Shown: positions 39,087 through 48,491 of the stretch, one piece after another | How positions within the stretch are numbered: the first letter of the stretch is position 1 | Layout of the letters: every line of letters begins with the position of its first letter | NCBI GenBank assembly: GCA_963708025.1 | Contig: CAVPSB010000043.1 | Location: forward strand, 1 to 49,149 | DNA length: 49,149 nucleotides | Direction of reading: 5' to 3' | Source: an uncultured Candidatus Rokubacteria bacterium | GTDB lineage: Bacteria; Methylomirabilota; Methylomirabilia; Rokubacteriales; DASRDR01 | The notes under the pieces: generated by a model | What the model was told of the DNA's origin: nothing | Databases searched by the model: none | Seen by the model: the letters and a program-made list of their open reading frames with translations, nothing else | Made by a program: the position numbers and the translations under genes

Positions 39087-39503
39087 ATGGCGCCGTCGAG
39101 CCTCCCGGTCCTGCACCACCGGACCCTCCTCGTCGTGGAGGCCGACCGGAGCGTTCGCCTGTTTCTGAAGCGGGCCTTGCGGCGGACCGAGGCCGTCGTC
39201 GTCGTGGCCGAGGACGCCGAGGCAGCCCTCGCCGTCCTGACCCACGTGAGGCCCGACCTGATCCTCGTGGATCTGGCCCTGCCGGGCCTGAGCGGGCTGA
39301 ACCTGGCCCGCCGCCTGCGCGCCTATCCCGCGCGGCGCGAGATCAAGCTCGTCGCGCTCTCGCGCCTGGCCGGACCGATCTTGGTGGAGACTATGGGGGC
39401 CGCGGGGTTCGACGCCCACGTGGAGACTCCCATGACCGTGGCGGAATTGGGCCTGGTGCTGCGGCGGCTGTTGACGGAGGAGGGCGGGAGCCCGGAGGCG
39501 TGA
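39087..39503 (+). CDS. Atypical receiver-domain protein
   Basis: LLVVEAD, PDLILVDLALPGLSG, GFDAHVETP; the conserved Lys appears absent. Confidence 0.75.
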   Translation: MAPSSLPVLHHRTLLVVEADRSVRLFLKRALRRTEAVVVVAEDAEAALAVLTHVRPDLILVDLALPGLSGLNLARRLRAYPARREIKLVALSRLAGPILVETMGAAGFDAHVETPMTVAELGLVLRRLLTEEGGSPEA

Positions 39504-39746
39504 GGTGAAGGCGTGGCGCGGCGGGCCTGTCACTCCTGCCCAGGGGGCGCGGGAGGCGCTGCGGCGTCGCAGCAGGGCCTTCATGGTGGCGAGTAACTCC
39601 GTCGATCCAGCTTCCCGACCTGGATGGTCGTGAGGACGGGCAGGATCACCTCGTTCAGGATCTTCGTGGTGGACCGCTCGTAGCGCGGCTTCCAGTGCTC
39701 GAGCGTGGCCCGGTCGTACTGTCCGGCGCCACCACCGCCCGTTGCC

Positions 39747-40855
39747 CTACCCGACGGGCGGCGCCGGGCCATCGGCGACCGCGAGACAGTCCTCGGGGCG
39801 CCACGCGAGCCACACGGGGGTCCCACCTGGGCGGAGCGGCCGGCCGCTCCCGGCCGGCTCGTCAACGCTCCACACCGCGCCGTGCGGCAGCCGCACGCGA
39901 TAGCGGCGGAAGGCCCCGTGGAAGACGCAGTCCTCCACGCGCCCGGCGACGACGTTTCCCCCGCCTCGCCTCCCGCCGGCGGTCCGTCGCTCAGCCGGAT
40001 CCGCTCCGGCCGCACCACGACCGTGACCGCGTCCCCCGGCTGCCACGCGCCCGTCCCGGTGGCCACGACCCGGAGCCCTCCCGCCTCCACGCGCCAGGCG
40101 CCGGGGCCGAGCGCGCCTTCCACGCGCCCGGCCTCCAGGTTGGACTCGCCGACGAAGTGGGCCACGAAGCGGGTCGCGGGGCGCTCGTACAGCTCGGCCG
40201 GGGTCCCCGTCTGCACGATCCGGCCCCCGGCCATGACCACGACCTCGTCGGCCATGGTGAGGGCCTCCTCCTGGTCGTGGGTGACGAAGAGCGTGGTGAG
40301 GCCGAGCGTCCGCTGGAGCGCCCGGATCTCCGCGCGCATCTCCTCGCGGAGCTTGAGGTCGAGGTTCGACAGCGGTTCGTCGAGCAGGAGGAGGGTCGGC
40401 TCGATGACGATCGCCCGGGCCAGGGCGACCCGCTGCTGCTGGCCCCCGGAGAGCGCACGCGGATAGCGCCCGGCGAGGTCCCCCAGGCGGACCAGCGCCA
40501 CGGCCCGCTCCACGCGCTCCCGGATGGCGGCGGGGCCGAGCCGGCGCATCCGGAGCCCGAAGGCGACGTTCTCGAAGACGGTCAGGTGGGGGAAGAGCGC
40601 ATAGTGCTGGAAGACCATCCCGAGGCCGCGGCGCTCGGGCGCCGTCCCGTCCACCCGGGCCCCGCGGATCCGGATCTCGCCGGCGTCCGGCTCGACGAAC
40701 CCGGAGACGAGGCGGAGGGTCGTCGTCTTGCCGCAGCCGCTCGGGCCGAGGAGGAAGACGAGCTTCCCCTCGTCCACCCGGAGCCAGGTCTCGTGGAGCG
40801 CCACCACCTCCCCGTAGCGCTTCCGCACCCCCACCAGCTCGAGCGCGGGGGTCAC
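39747..40855 (-). CDS. ABC ATP-binding protein (PotA-like), one frameshift near 39960
   Basis: GPSGCGKT, LSGGQQQR, LLLDEPLS, VTHDQEEA; the TOBE domain continues in a second frame to the stop at 39747. Confidence 0.92.
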
Positions 40856-41649
40856 TGCTTGCCACCGACGTAGTAGCGGCTGAACCCCACCAGCCGCTCG
40901 GCCACCAGGAGCAGCCCCACGATGGCGGCGATCTGGAGCGTCGAGACGGAGGCGATGATCGGGCGCGCGCTCGACTCCACGTAGTTGTAGATCTGGATCG
41001 GGAGGGGAACCAGGCGCGGCGTGGCCAGGAAGATGGACACGACCACGTTGTCGAAGGAGAGGATGAACGCGAAGATGGCGCCGGCCACGATGCCCGGCTT
41101 GACGAGCGGCAGCGTGACCAGGCGCGTGCTCGTCCAGGGGCCGGCGCCGAGCCCGCGCGCCGCCTCCTCGAGCGTCCGGTCGAACCCGACCAGGACGGCC
41201 CCGACCGAGCGGACCACGTACGGCACCGTGACGACGACGTGCGCCACCAGCAGATGCCAGAACGAGGGGGCGCTGCGGAGCAGGTTGAAGAACTGGAGGA
41301 GCGCGATGCCCGTCACCAGCCCCGGCAGGACGACCGGCGCCATCACCAGGCCGCTCAGGAGCGCCCGGCCGAGGAAGCGGTGGCGGGCGAGCGCGAAGGC
41401 GCCGAGCGTCCCCACCACGCCGGAGACGGCCGTGGTGGCGGCGGCGAGGACCAGACTCAGCCAGAAGGAGGCGACGAAGTCCGGGTACTCGGTCATGTCG
41501 CGGTACCAGCGGAGCGACAGCCGCCGCGGCGGGAACTCGAGGAAGGCGGCGTCCCCGAAGGACACCACGACGACGACCAGGATCGGCGCCAGGAGGAAGG
41601 CGTAGATCAGGGCGTTGAACGCCCCCAGGGCCAGGCCGCCGCGCCTCAC
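40852..41649 (-). CDS. ABC permease (PotC-like)
   Basis: FPPRRLSLRWY, LEEAARGLGA, SFD, LPIQIY. GTG 41649 overlaps the upstream stop. Confidence 0.92.
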   Translation of the reverse strand: MRRGGLALGAFNALIYAFLLAPILVVVVVSFGDAAFLEFPPRRLSLRWYRDMTEYPDFVASFWLSLVLAAATTAVSGVVGTLGAFALARHRFLGRALLSGLVMAPVVLPGLVTGIALLQFFNLLRSAPSFWHLLVAHVVVTVPYVVRSVGAVLVGFDRTLEEAARGLGAGPWTSTRLVTLPLVKPGIVAGAIFAFILSFDNVVVSIFLATPRLVPLPIQIYNYVESSARPIIASVSTLQIAAIVGLLLVAERLVGFSRYYVGGKQ

Positions 41650-42521
41650 GCGACGGGCCCGAGCCCGCGCGGCGCGCCGAGCCACCGCTGGGCGAGGAGG
41701 AACAGCCCGACCGTGACGACGAGCAGGATCGTCGCGACCGCCGCCCCGAATCCCCACTCGAGGGTCACGGTCATCTGCTGGTAGATCAGCGTGGAGAGCA
41801 CGATGAGGGAGGGGCCGCCCATGAGGGCCGGGGTGACGAACGCGGCCACGGTGAGCGCGAAGATCAGCGTGGACCCCGCCGCGACGCCGGGCAGCGTCAG
41901 CGGCAGGGTCACCCGGAGAAAGGTCTTCCAGCGGCTCGCCCCGAGACCGCGGGCCGCCTCCTCCAGCGACGGATCGACCGCCTCGATGACCCCGACCAGG
42001 GAGAGGATGGCCACCGGCAGCGCGAAGTGGACGAGGCCGATCGTCACGCCAGTCAGGGTGAACATGAACCGTACGGGCTCCTCGACGACGCCCAGGGCCC
42101 GGAGGACCTGGTTCACGAGCCCGTTGTTGGCGAGCAGGACGATCCAGCCGTAGGTGCGGATGACGACGCTGACCAGCAGTGGGGCGACCACGCAGAGCCG
42201 GAGCAGCGTCTTCCACCGGTGCCGGCCCCGGGCCAGCCCGTAGGCTACCGGATAGCCGAGGGTCACCGCCAGCGCGGTCACCCAGAGGCCGAGACCGACG
42301 GTCGCGCGCAGCGTCCCGAGGTAGAACGGGTCGCCGAGGAAGCGCGCGTAGTTGGCGAGGGTGAGGCCGGGCGGCGCCGGCTGGCCGATCACCAGCGGGC
42401 GGAGGCTCTGGGCGAGCAGGAGGGCGAGGGGCAGGAGGAAGAAGACCCCGAGGAGCGCCGCCAGCGGGAGGATCAGCCAGACGGCCGGCCGAGCGCCGAT
42501 CGACTTGCGGCTATGCGGCAC
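41646..42521 (-). CDS. ABC permease (PotB-like), start uncertain
   Basis: GYPVAY, SVVIRTYGW, LEEAARGLGA, TPALMGG, WGFGAA. Confidence 0.88.
   Translation of the reverse strand: MPHSRKSIGARPAVWLILPLAALLGVFFLLPLALLLAQSLRPLVIGQPAPPGLTLANYARFLGDPFYLGTLRATVGLGLWVTALAVTLGYPVAYGLARGRHRWKTLLRLCVVAPLLVSVVIRTYGWIVLLANNGLVNQVLRALGVVEEPVRFMFTLTGVTIGLVHFALPVAILSLVGVIEAVDPSLEEAARGLGASRWKTFLRVTLPLTLPGVAAGSTLIFALTVAAFVTPALMGGPSLIVLSTLIYQQMTVTLEWGFGAAVATILLVVTVGLFLLAQRWLGAPRGLGPVA
42321..42490. repeat. Direct repeat copy 1 (intact 5' part of the PotB-like permease)
   Basis: Ungapped alignment with 44721-44890, about 15 mismatches in 170 bp by manual count. Confidence 0.9.
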
Positions 42522-42763
42522 GGGCAGCGGGCCTCGCCGCCAGGCCCCGCGCGCATCGAGAGCGCGCCGCGGCACGGCCCCGCCCCGCCGCCGCCCGCTC
42601 CCTCCGCTCGGCAAGCCGGGGTGGCCGGGCTACTCCGGGCCCTTCGTGGCGCCGCAGGCCTCTTGCTCCGGTCGAGACGGGGAAATGGTGGACAGCCACA
42701 GGGCGACAGGATACCGAGAAAGCATGGCCGCCGTCTTCGGGGTTTCGGGGCATGCGCGGAGCA

Positions 42764-42789
42764 AGCGGGCGCCCCGGCGGGCGCCCGCT
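42764..42789. terminator. Hairpin immediately downstream of the sulfatase stop
   Basis: Perfect 11-bp stem AGCGGGCGCCC/GGGCGCCCGCT with a 4-nt loop. Confidence 0.6.
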
Positions 42790-42800
42790 CTTCCGTCAGG

Positions 42801-44399
42801 CTACTGGCCGGCGTGCGCCGCCTGGGCCTTCTCGATCTGCGCCTTCACCGCTTCGAGGTTGAAGCTCGCGCCACGTTGCATCGGTGGGAACTCGATGGCG
42901 GTCTGAGCGACCTTCGCCACCTCCTGCTGGACGAACTGGAACCGCCAGAACTGGAGCGCGAACCAGTTGTAGTAGGCCAGCGACCCGCCGGAGCCGTTCG
43001 GCAGACCCGTGCGCTCGAGCGGGTCGAGGCGGAGGTTGGTGAGGACCGGCCAGTCCAGCTTGACCGTGCCGCCGAGCCAGCCTTGCGGCTGATCCGTGAA
43101 CCGGTACTTGAAGTCGTCGATCCGCACGGCGGACAGCGTGCCCTCGGTGAAGTAGAAGATCTCGTGGCGTGCCGACGGACCCTTGCCGGTGATCAGGTCC
43201 ATCTGGTTGTAGCCGTCCAAGTGCACCTTGTAGGTGCGGTCGCCCAGCTGCTTGCCCTGCCTGAGCTCCTGGGCGCTGTTGGGGTTGCCGGCCGCGGCGA
43301 CGAACGTCGGGAACCAGTCCATCCCGGACACGATGCCGTTCTCCACCTTGCCCGCCGGCACCTTGCCCGGCCACCGCAAGATCATGGGCGCGCGGAAGCC
43401 GCCCTCCATCGCCGTACCCTTGCCACCGGCAAACGGCGTCTGGCCACCATCCGGCCAGGTGAAGTTCTCGGTGCCGTTGTCGGTGGTGAAGCCGAGAATG
43501 GTGTCACCTTCGAGGCCGTTGTCCTTGAGGTACTTCATGACCGCGCCGACGATGTCGTCGAGCTGCGCCATCCCGGCTTCATGTTCGGACCAGTTGTTCT
43601 CCGAGTTGCGCATCCCGTTGTACTTCGGGGACAGGTGCGTGATGACGTGCATGCGCGTCGGGTTGAGCCAGAGGAAGAACGGCTTGCCGTCCTTGCGCGC
43701 CTTGTCGACGAACTTGAGCGCGTGATCGAGAATCTCGTCGTCCACGGTCTCCATGCGCTTCGGACACAGCTCGCCCGCGTCCTCGATCTTCTGCTTGCCG
43801 ATCTTGCCCCAGCGCGGCTGCACGGTCGCGTCATCGACGTCGGTCGCCCAGCTGTGCACGACGTTCCGCGGGCCGACCGTGGCCTTCAGCGCCGTCGGGT
43901 AGTTCACGTGGCAAGGATCCTCCATCGCGTCCAGGTGATAGAGGTACCCGAAGAACTCGTCGAACCCGTGCAGCGTGGGAAGGAACTGGTTCAGGTCGCC
44001 CAGGTGGTTCTTCCCGAACTGCCCGGTGGCGTAGCCCATGGCCTTCAGGGCGGTCGCGATGGTCGGCGCCTGCGCCGGCATGCCGATCGGGGAGCCGGCC
44101 TGGCCCACCGTCGTCAGGCCAGTGCGGATCGGCAGCTCGCCGGTGACGAAGTTGGCGCGGCCCGCGGTGCAGCTTGCCTCGGCGTAGTAGTCGGTGAACC
44201 GCATCCCCTCGGCCGCGAGCCGGTCGAGATTCGGCGTCTTGCCCGACATCATCCCTTGATGATAGGCCCCGATGTTGAGCCAGCCGATGTCATCCCCCAT
44301 GATCACGACGATGTTCGGCTTCGGCTGGGCTGCCACCGGGCCGGCGGCCCAGACGAGCGCGACCAGGACTGCCCCCATCGACCCTACGAGTCTCCTCAT
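42801..44399 (-). CDS. Arylsulfatase family protein (formylglycine-type), secreted
   Basis: Signal peptide, PNIVVIMGDDIG, TPNLDRLA, SCTAGRA, GKNHLG, TDNG, EGGFRAP, LDG. Confidence 0.93.
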   Translation of the reverse strand: MRRLVGSMGAVLVALVWAAGPVAAQPKPNIVVIMGDDIGWLNIGAYHQGMMSGKTPNLDRLAAEGMRFTDYYAEASCTAGRANFVTGELPIRTGLTTVGQAGSPIGMPAQAPTIATALKAMGYATGQFGKNHLGDLNQFLPTLHGFDEFFGYLYHLDAMEDPCHVNYPTALKATVGPRNVVHSWATDVDDATVQPRWGKIGKQKIEDAGELCPKRMETVDDEILDHALKFVDKARKDGKPFFLWLNPTRMHVITHLSPKYNGMRNSENNWSEHEAGMAQLDDIVGAVMKYLKDNGLEGDTILGFTTDNGTENFTWPDGGQTPFAGGKGTAMEGGFRAPMILRWPGKVPAGKVENGIVSGMDWFPTFVAAAGNPNSAQELRQGKQLGDRTYKVHLDGYNQMDLITGKGPSARHEIFYFTEGTLSAVRIDDFKYRFTDQPQGWLGGTVKLDWPVLTNLRLDPLERTGLPNGSGGSLAYYNWFALQFWRFQFVQQEVAKVAQTAIEFPPMQRGASFNLEAVKAQIEKAQAAHAGQ

Positions 44400-44720
44400 G
44401 CGGTCCTCCCTCCTTCCCTGTCAGGTCCTGCATTAGAACTCGCCCGTTTCTCGTAGCCCGCTCGGCTCGGCGGAGAACCGCGCGGGGCGGTTTCCACGGG
44501 GTGGGGCAGCAAGAAGGGGGCCAGCAGCCATCCCGCTGCAAATCGCGTCACCGGGGTCGAATTTCGAGGCGGATCCCGGCGAACCTGTTCGGTCCACCCA
44601 CCGCGGATGGTGGCCGGTCACCGGATGTGGTTGGGGCTGGACGGAAGGCCCCGAAGTCGCCACGGTGGGCCGAAGCAGCGGCCGAGGACCTCGGGACGTC
44701 ACTGATCGGCCCCGCACCGG

Positions 44721-44890
44721 GTGGAACGGGTCGCCGAGGAAGCGCGCGTAGCTGGCGATGGTGAGGTCGGGCGGCGCCCGCTAACCGATCACCAGCGGGC
44801 GGAGGCTCTGGGCGAGGAGGAGGGCGAGGGGCAGGAGGAAGAACACCCCGAGGAGCGCCGCCAGCGGGGCGATCAGTCAGATCGCCGGCT
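44721..44890 (-). pseudogene. Direct repeat copy 2: degenerate duplicate of the permease 5' end
   Basis: Exactly 2400 bp from copy 1. Contains stop codons where copy 1 has TGG and CAG. Abuts the SBP stop. Confidence 0.85.
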
Positions 44891-45945
44891 CACTTCGGGT
44901 ACTTCGCGGCGTCGTAGACCTCCTTGTTCCAGCGCTCGACCCAGGCGCCCCGGTTCCGGGCGAGGTAGTCCTCGTCGGGGAAGCGGAGCCGGCCGATCGC
45001 CTCCGCCCCGACCGGCACCCGGCCGGCGAACTCGCGCGGCAGCGTCACCTCGCGGTTGGTCGGGCCGTAGTAGATCTTCCGGGCCCACGCCTCCTGCTGC
45101 GCCGCGTCGAGGTAGAAGTTGATGAACTCGTAGGCCAGCGTCTTGTTCTTCGCGGTCCGGGGCACCGCCAGCGCGTTGGTGATCGCGATCGTCCCTTCCT
45201 TCGGGGCCACCGTGGCGAGCGGCAGCCCCTCGTCGATCATGAGCTGGGCGCGGCCGTTCCAGTACGGGGTGAGCCAGACGTCCTCGCGCTGGAGGTACGG
45301 CACGTACTGGGGCGACAGGGTGAGCCAGGCCCCGACGTTCGGCACCAGCTCCCGGATCTTCGCGAAGCCCCCGTCGATGCGCTTCTCGTCCCCGCCGGCC
45401 ATGTACGCCGCCACGATGAGCAGGAACAGCCCCTTCCCCTCCGAGACGTGGGAGACCCCGACCTTGCCCTTGTACTTGGGATCCCACAGCACGGCCCAGG
45501 AGTCGGGGGCCGGCTTCACCCGGTCGCGGTTGTAGAGGAGGATGAGCGGGTCGACCGAGACGATCGGGCCCCAGCCCTCGCCGGCCTTCTGCGCGAACTC
45601 GTAGAGCCGGGCCATGTTCGGCACCCGGTCCGCCCCGACGGCCTCGAGCACGCCCTCGCGCCCGGCGGCGAGGAGGTCGTAGCCGGTGAGGACGGTGAGG
45701 TCGTAGGTGTAGGTGTCGCGGCTGGCCCGGAGCTTGGCGAGCTTCTGGGCCGAGCTGCCGGTCGTGTCGTAGATCACCTTCGCCCCGAACTTCGCCTCGA
45801 ACGGCGCGATGACGAGCTTCCGCATCACCTCGCCGTAGTCCCCGCCGTAGCCCGAGAAGACCAGCTCCTTGGCCTGGGCTCCGGCGATCCCGGGGCCCGA
45901 CACCGCGACCAGGACCAGCAGCAGGACGCTCGACACGATACGCAT
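44890..45945 (-). CDS. ABC substrate-binding protein (PotD/PotF-like)
   Basis: Signal peptide, GYGGDY, PFEAKFG, PDSWAVLWDPKYKGK, PKEG, FINFYL, YGPTN, ERWNK. Confidence 0.92.
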   Translation of the reverse strand: MRIVSSVLLLVLVAVSGPGIAGAQAKELVFSGYGGDYGEVMRKLVIAPFEAKFGAKVIYDTTGSSAQKLAKLRASRDTYTYDLTVLTGYDLLAAGREGVLEAVGADRVPNMARLYEFAQKAGEGWGPIVSVDPLILLYNRDRVKPAPDSWAVLWDPKYKGKVGVSHVSEGKGLFLLIVAAYMAGGDEKRIDGGFAKIRELVPNVGAWLTLSPQYVPYLQREDVWLTPYWNGRAQLMIDEGLPLATVAPKEGTIAITNALAVPRTAKNKTLAYEFINFYLDAAQQEAWARKIYYGPTNREVTLPREFAGRVPVGAEAIGRLRFPDEDYLARNRGAWVERWNKEVYDAAKYPK

Positions 45946-45974
45946 GGCGCCTCCCGTCAGTTCGGAACCTCCCG

Positions 45975-46021
45975 CCTACCCCCCCAACCCCCCTCCCCCA
46001 CCCACCGGGGGGAGGGGGGAG
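45975..46021. repeat. REP-like purine/pyrimidine hairpin element
   Basis: CCTACCCCCCCAACCCCCCTCCCCCACCCACCGGGGGGAGGGGGGAG has the same architecture as unit 2 at 3011-3047. Confidence 0.65.
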
Positions 46022-46048
46022 CCGGAGGACTGATTCGTTCACACGCCG

Positions 46049-47008
46049 TCAGCCGGCGAGCCGCTCGAAGTCGGCGAAGACCTCGCCGGGGTCCACGCGC
46101 CGCCGGACCAGGCCCTGGACCCACTGCTCCTCGCAGAACGCGGCGACCATCGCCCGGTTTCCGCGAAGGCCGTAGAACTCGAAGTCGGGACCCAGCACCT
46201 CGGCCTCCTCCTCGAGCTCCGCCAGGAGCCAGGCGCTCGACTCGTGGAGCTGCCGGCGCATCCGCGCCGCACGCGCCTGGGCCTCGACGAGCGCCGTGTA
46301 GAGACTGCGGACCACCCACGGGTTCGCCTCGACCAGGGTGCGACGCAGCACGACCAGGTGATGGGCCGGGTACAGGCGGGTCTGGCGGTAGTGCTCCCGC
46401 TCGACCGCCCGGAAGTCGGGATAGAGCCGGACGATGGGACTCCCGGGCCCGCCGGAGCCGGGCGGCGGCCAGGCCGTGATCAGGACGTCCAGCTCCTTCG
46501 CCAGCAGCATCTCCTGGAGCGAGCGGCCGGGCGCCGCCGCCGCCACGCCCTGGGGAAGGGCGTCCGGCGGCGCCGGCTTGTCGCCCGGGTTGATGGGTCC
46601 CACGACCCACCGGACCGCGTCGAGGCCGACGCCGGCGGCGCGGAGCAGGCCCCGGCTCCAGGTGTTGCCGCTGTTGGGCCAGGCGTCCATGCCGATCCGG
46701 GTCCCGGCGAGCTGCCGCATGTCGCGGAGCCCGCTGTCGCGACGGACGAAGAAGTTCCGGTGCCGGAACTCCCGCATGACGAACGCGGGCAGCGCCACGA
46801 AGCTCGTGTCGCCGGCCGCCAGGCGCTGCACGTGACGGCTGAAGGACGCCTCGCCGCCGTGGATCGCCGGGTCCTGGAGGACCCGTGGCAGCGCGCCGAA
46901 GTCGCGGACGAGCGTGAGGTCGATGCCCTCGGCGGTGACGTCGCCGAGGGCGAGCGGGAGCACGTAGTCGTAGTCGCGGGTCGCGAGCGTGACGGGCAGG
47001 TTCCCCAT
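46049..47008 (-). CDS. 4,5-dihydroxyphthalate decarboxylase family protein
   Basis: DYD..PL..GDV..EGIDL, EASFS, LPAFVMREFRH, WSRGLL, YPAHHLVV, YGLRGNR..EQ..QGL. Confidence 0.85.
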   Translation of the reverse strand: MGNLPVTLATRDYDYVLPLALGDVTAEGIDLTLVRDFGALPRVLQDPAIHGGEASFSRHVQRLAAGDTSFVALPAFVMREFRHRNFFVRRDSGLRDMRQLAGTRIGMDAWPNSGNTWSRGLLRAAGVGLDAVRWVVGPINPGDKPAPPDALPQGVAAAAPGRSLQEMLLAKELDVLITAWPPPGSGGPGSPIVRLYPDFRAVEREHYRQTRLYPAHHLVVLRRTLVEANPWVVRSLYTALVEAQARAARMRRQLHESSAWLLAELEEEAEVLGPDFEFYGLRGNRAMVAAFCEEQWVQGLVRRRVDPGEVFADFERLAG

Positions 47009-47017
47009 GGGTCCCCC

Positions 47018-48343
47018 CTACCGGGCCGCGTACTCTTCGAAGGAGGCGAACCGCCGGACGAGCGCCAGGTAGTCGTCGCGGCTGAGCTTCGGTCCCGCCT
47101 CCGCCTTCACCCGGCGGGCCTCCCGGGCGCCGTCGTGCAGCAGGTCCACGACGGTCATCGCCATGAACTTCGCCGGGTTCACCGCGGCCAGCCGCTGGTC
47201 CACGATCACGTAGTCGGCGCTGTGGACCGTGCCCCGCACCCCGCCGGCCCGAGGGTGGACCTCCGGCATGATGAAGCCGAGGTCGCCGACGTCGGTGGAG
47301 CCGGTCGAGTGGCGCGGCCGGCCCATGTTGGCCTCCCCGACGATGGCGGCGGCGTTCCGGTAGGTGAGCGCCACCAGGTTCGGGTCCATCTGCTGCGGGA
47401 GGTACCCGGGCAGCGTGGTGATCTCCACCTTCGCGCCCATGGCCTGGGCCCCGGCCCGCAGGCTCCGGTCCACCTTCGCGGCGGCGTCGGCGATCGCCTC
47501 CACCGTCTTGCCCCGCACGAAGGTCTCCAGCCGGACGTCGGCCGGCACCGCGCTCACCGCCTCCCCGCCCCGGGTGATGATCGGGTGGACCCGGATCGTG
47601 TCGTCGTCGCGGAAGGTCTCCCGCTGGGCGTCGATGGCGACCAGCGCGATCTGGGCGGCCTTGAGCGCGTTGATCCCGAGGTGAGGGGCGCTGCCGGCGT
47701 GGGCGCCCTTGCCGACGAAGCGCATGAACTTGACGACGCAGCCGTTGTGGGTGTCGCCGACGCTCGAGAGCCCGTCCTCCTGGCGCGCGTTGGTGTGGGT
47801 GATGATGGCCATGTCCACGTCGTCGAACTCGCCGAGACGGATCAGCTCGGGCTTGCCGGCCAGGAACTCGAGCTTGCCCTGCTCGCGGAGCCCCATCCGC
47901 CACTCGACCTCGATGTACTCCTCGGCCGGCACCGCGAAGAGCACCACGTCCCCGTCCAGCTCGTCCATCACCGCCTGGAGTCCCATCCCGGCGCCGAGCA
48001 TCGACGCCACCTGCGCGTTGTGGCCGCAGGCGTGGGCGGCGTGGGTCACGGGGTCGGCGAACGGGTGGGCGGCGACGATCAGCGAGTCCAGCTCGCCGAG
48101 GACCGCCACCGTCGGGCCCGGCGCGCGTCCCTTCATGCGCGCCTTGACGCCGGTGAGGGCCAGCCCGTCGCGGTGCTTCAGTCCCAGCCGGTCGAGCTGG
48201 GCGGCCACGTACTCGGCGGTCCGCATCTCCCGGAAGCCGCTCTCCGGGTGCCGCAGGATGTGGTCGCTGACCGCGACGATCTCCTCGGCCCGCCGGTCGA
48301 TCTCGGCGCACACCCGCGCCTTCAGTGCCTCGGTCGTCGCCAT
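47018..48343 (-). CDS. M20 family amidohydrolase (AbgB/Acy1L2-like)
   Basis: HPESGFRE, GELD, HACGHN, VPAEE, GKGAHAG, GSTDVGD, H. Confidence 0.9.
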   Translation of the reverse strand: MATTEALKARVCAEIDRRAEEIVAVSDHILRHPESGFREMRTAEYVAAQLDRLGLKHRDGLALTGVKARMKGRAPGPTVAVLGELDSLIVAAHPFADPVTHAAHACGHNAQVASMLGAGMGLQAVMDELDGDVVLFAVPAEEYIEVEWRMGLREQGKLEFLAGKPELIRLGEFDDVDMAIITHTNARQEDGLSSVGDTHNGCVVKFMRFVGKGAHAGSAPHLGINALKAAQIALVAIDAQRETFRDDDTIRVHPIITRGGEAVSAVPADVRLETFVRGKTVEAIADAAAKVDRSLRAGAQAMGAKVEITTLPGYLPQQMDPNLVALTYRNAAAIVGEANMGRPRHSTGSTDVGDLGFIMPEVHPRAGGVRGTVHSADYVIVDQRLAAVNPAKFMAMTVVDLLHDGAREARRVKAEAGPKLSRDDYLALVRRFASFEEYAAR

Positions 48344-48491
48344 CCGTGCCTCCTCTGCCGGCGGCCTCGACGGGCCGGCCGGCGCGAGGACGATACCGCA
48401 CCCGGCGGCGGCCTGACAAGCGGCCGGCACGGATCGAGCGCGCCGGCCCGTGTCGGCCGACCGGTGCGCCCGCATCCGGGCTTCGGCCCTC

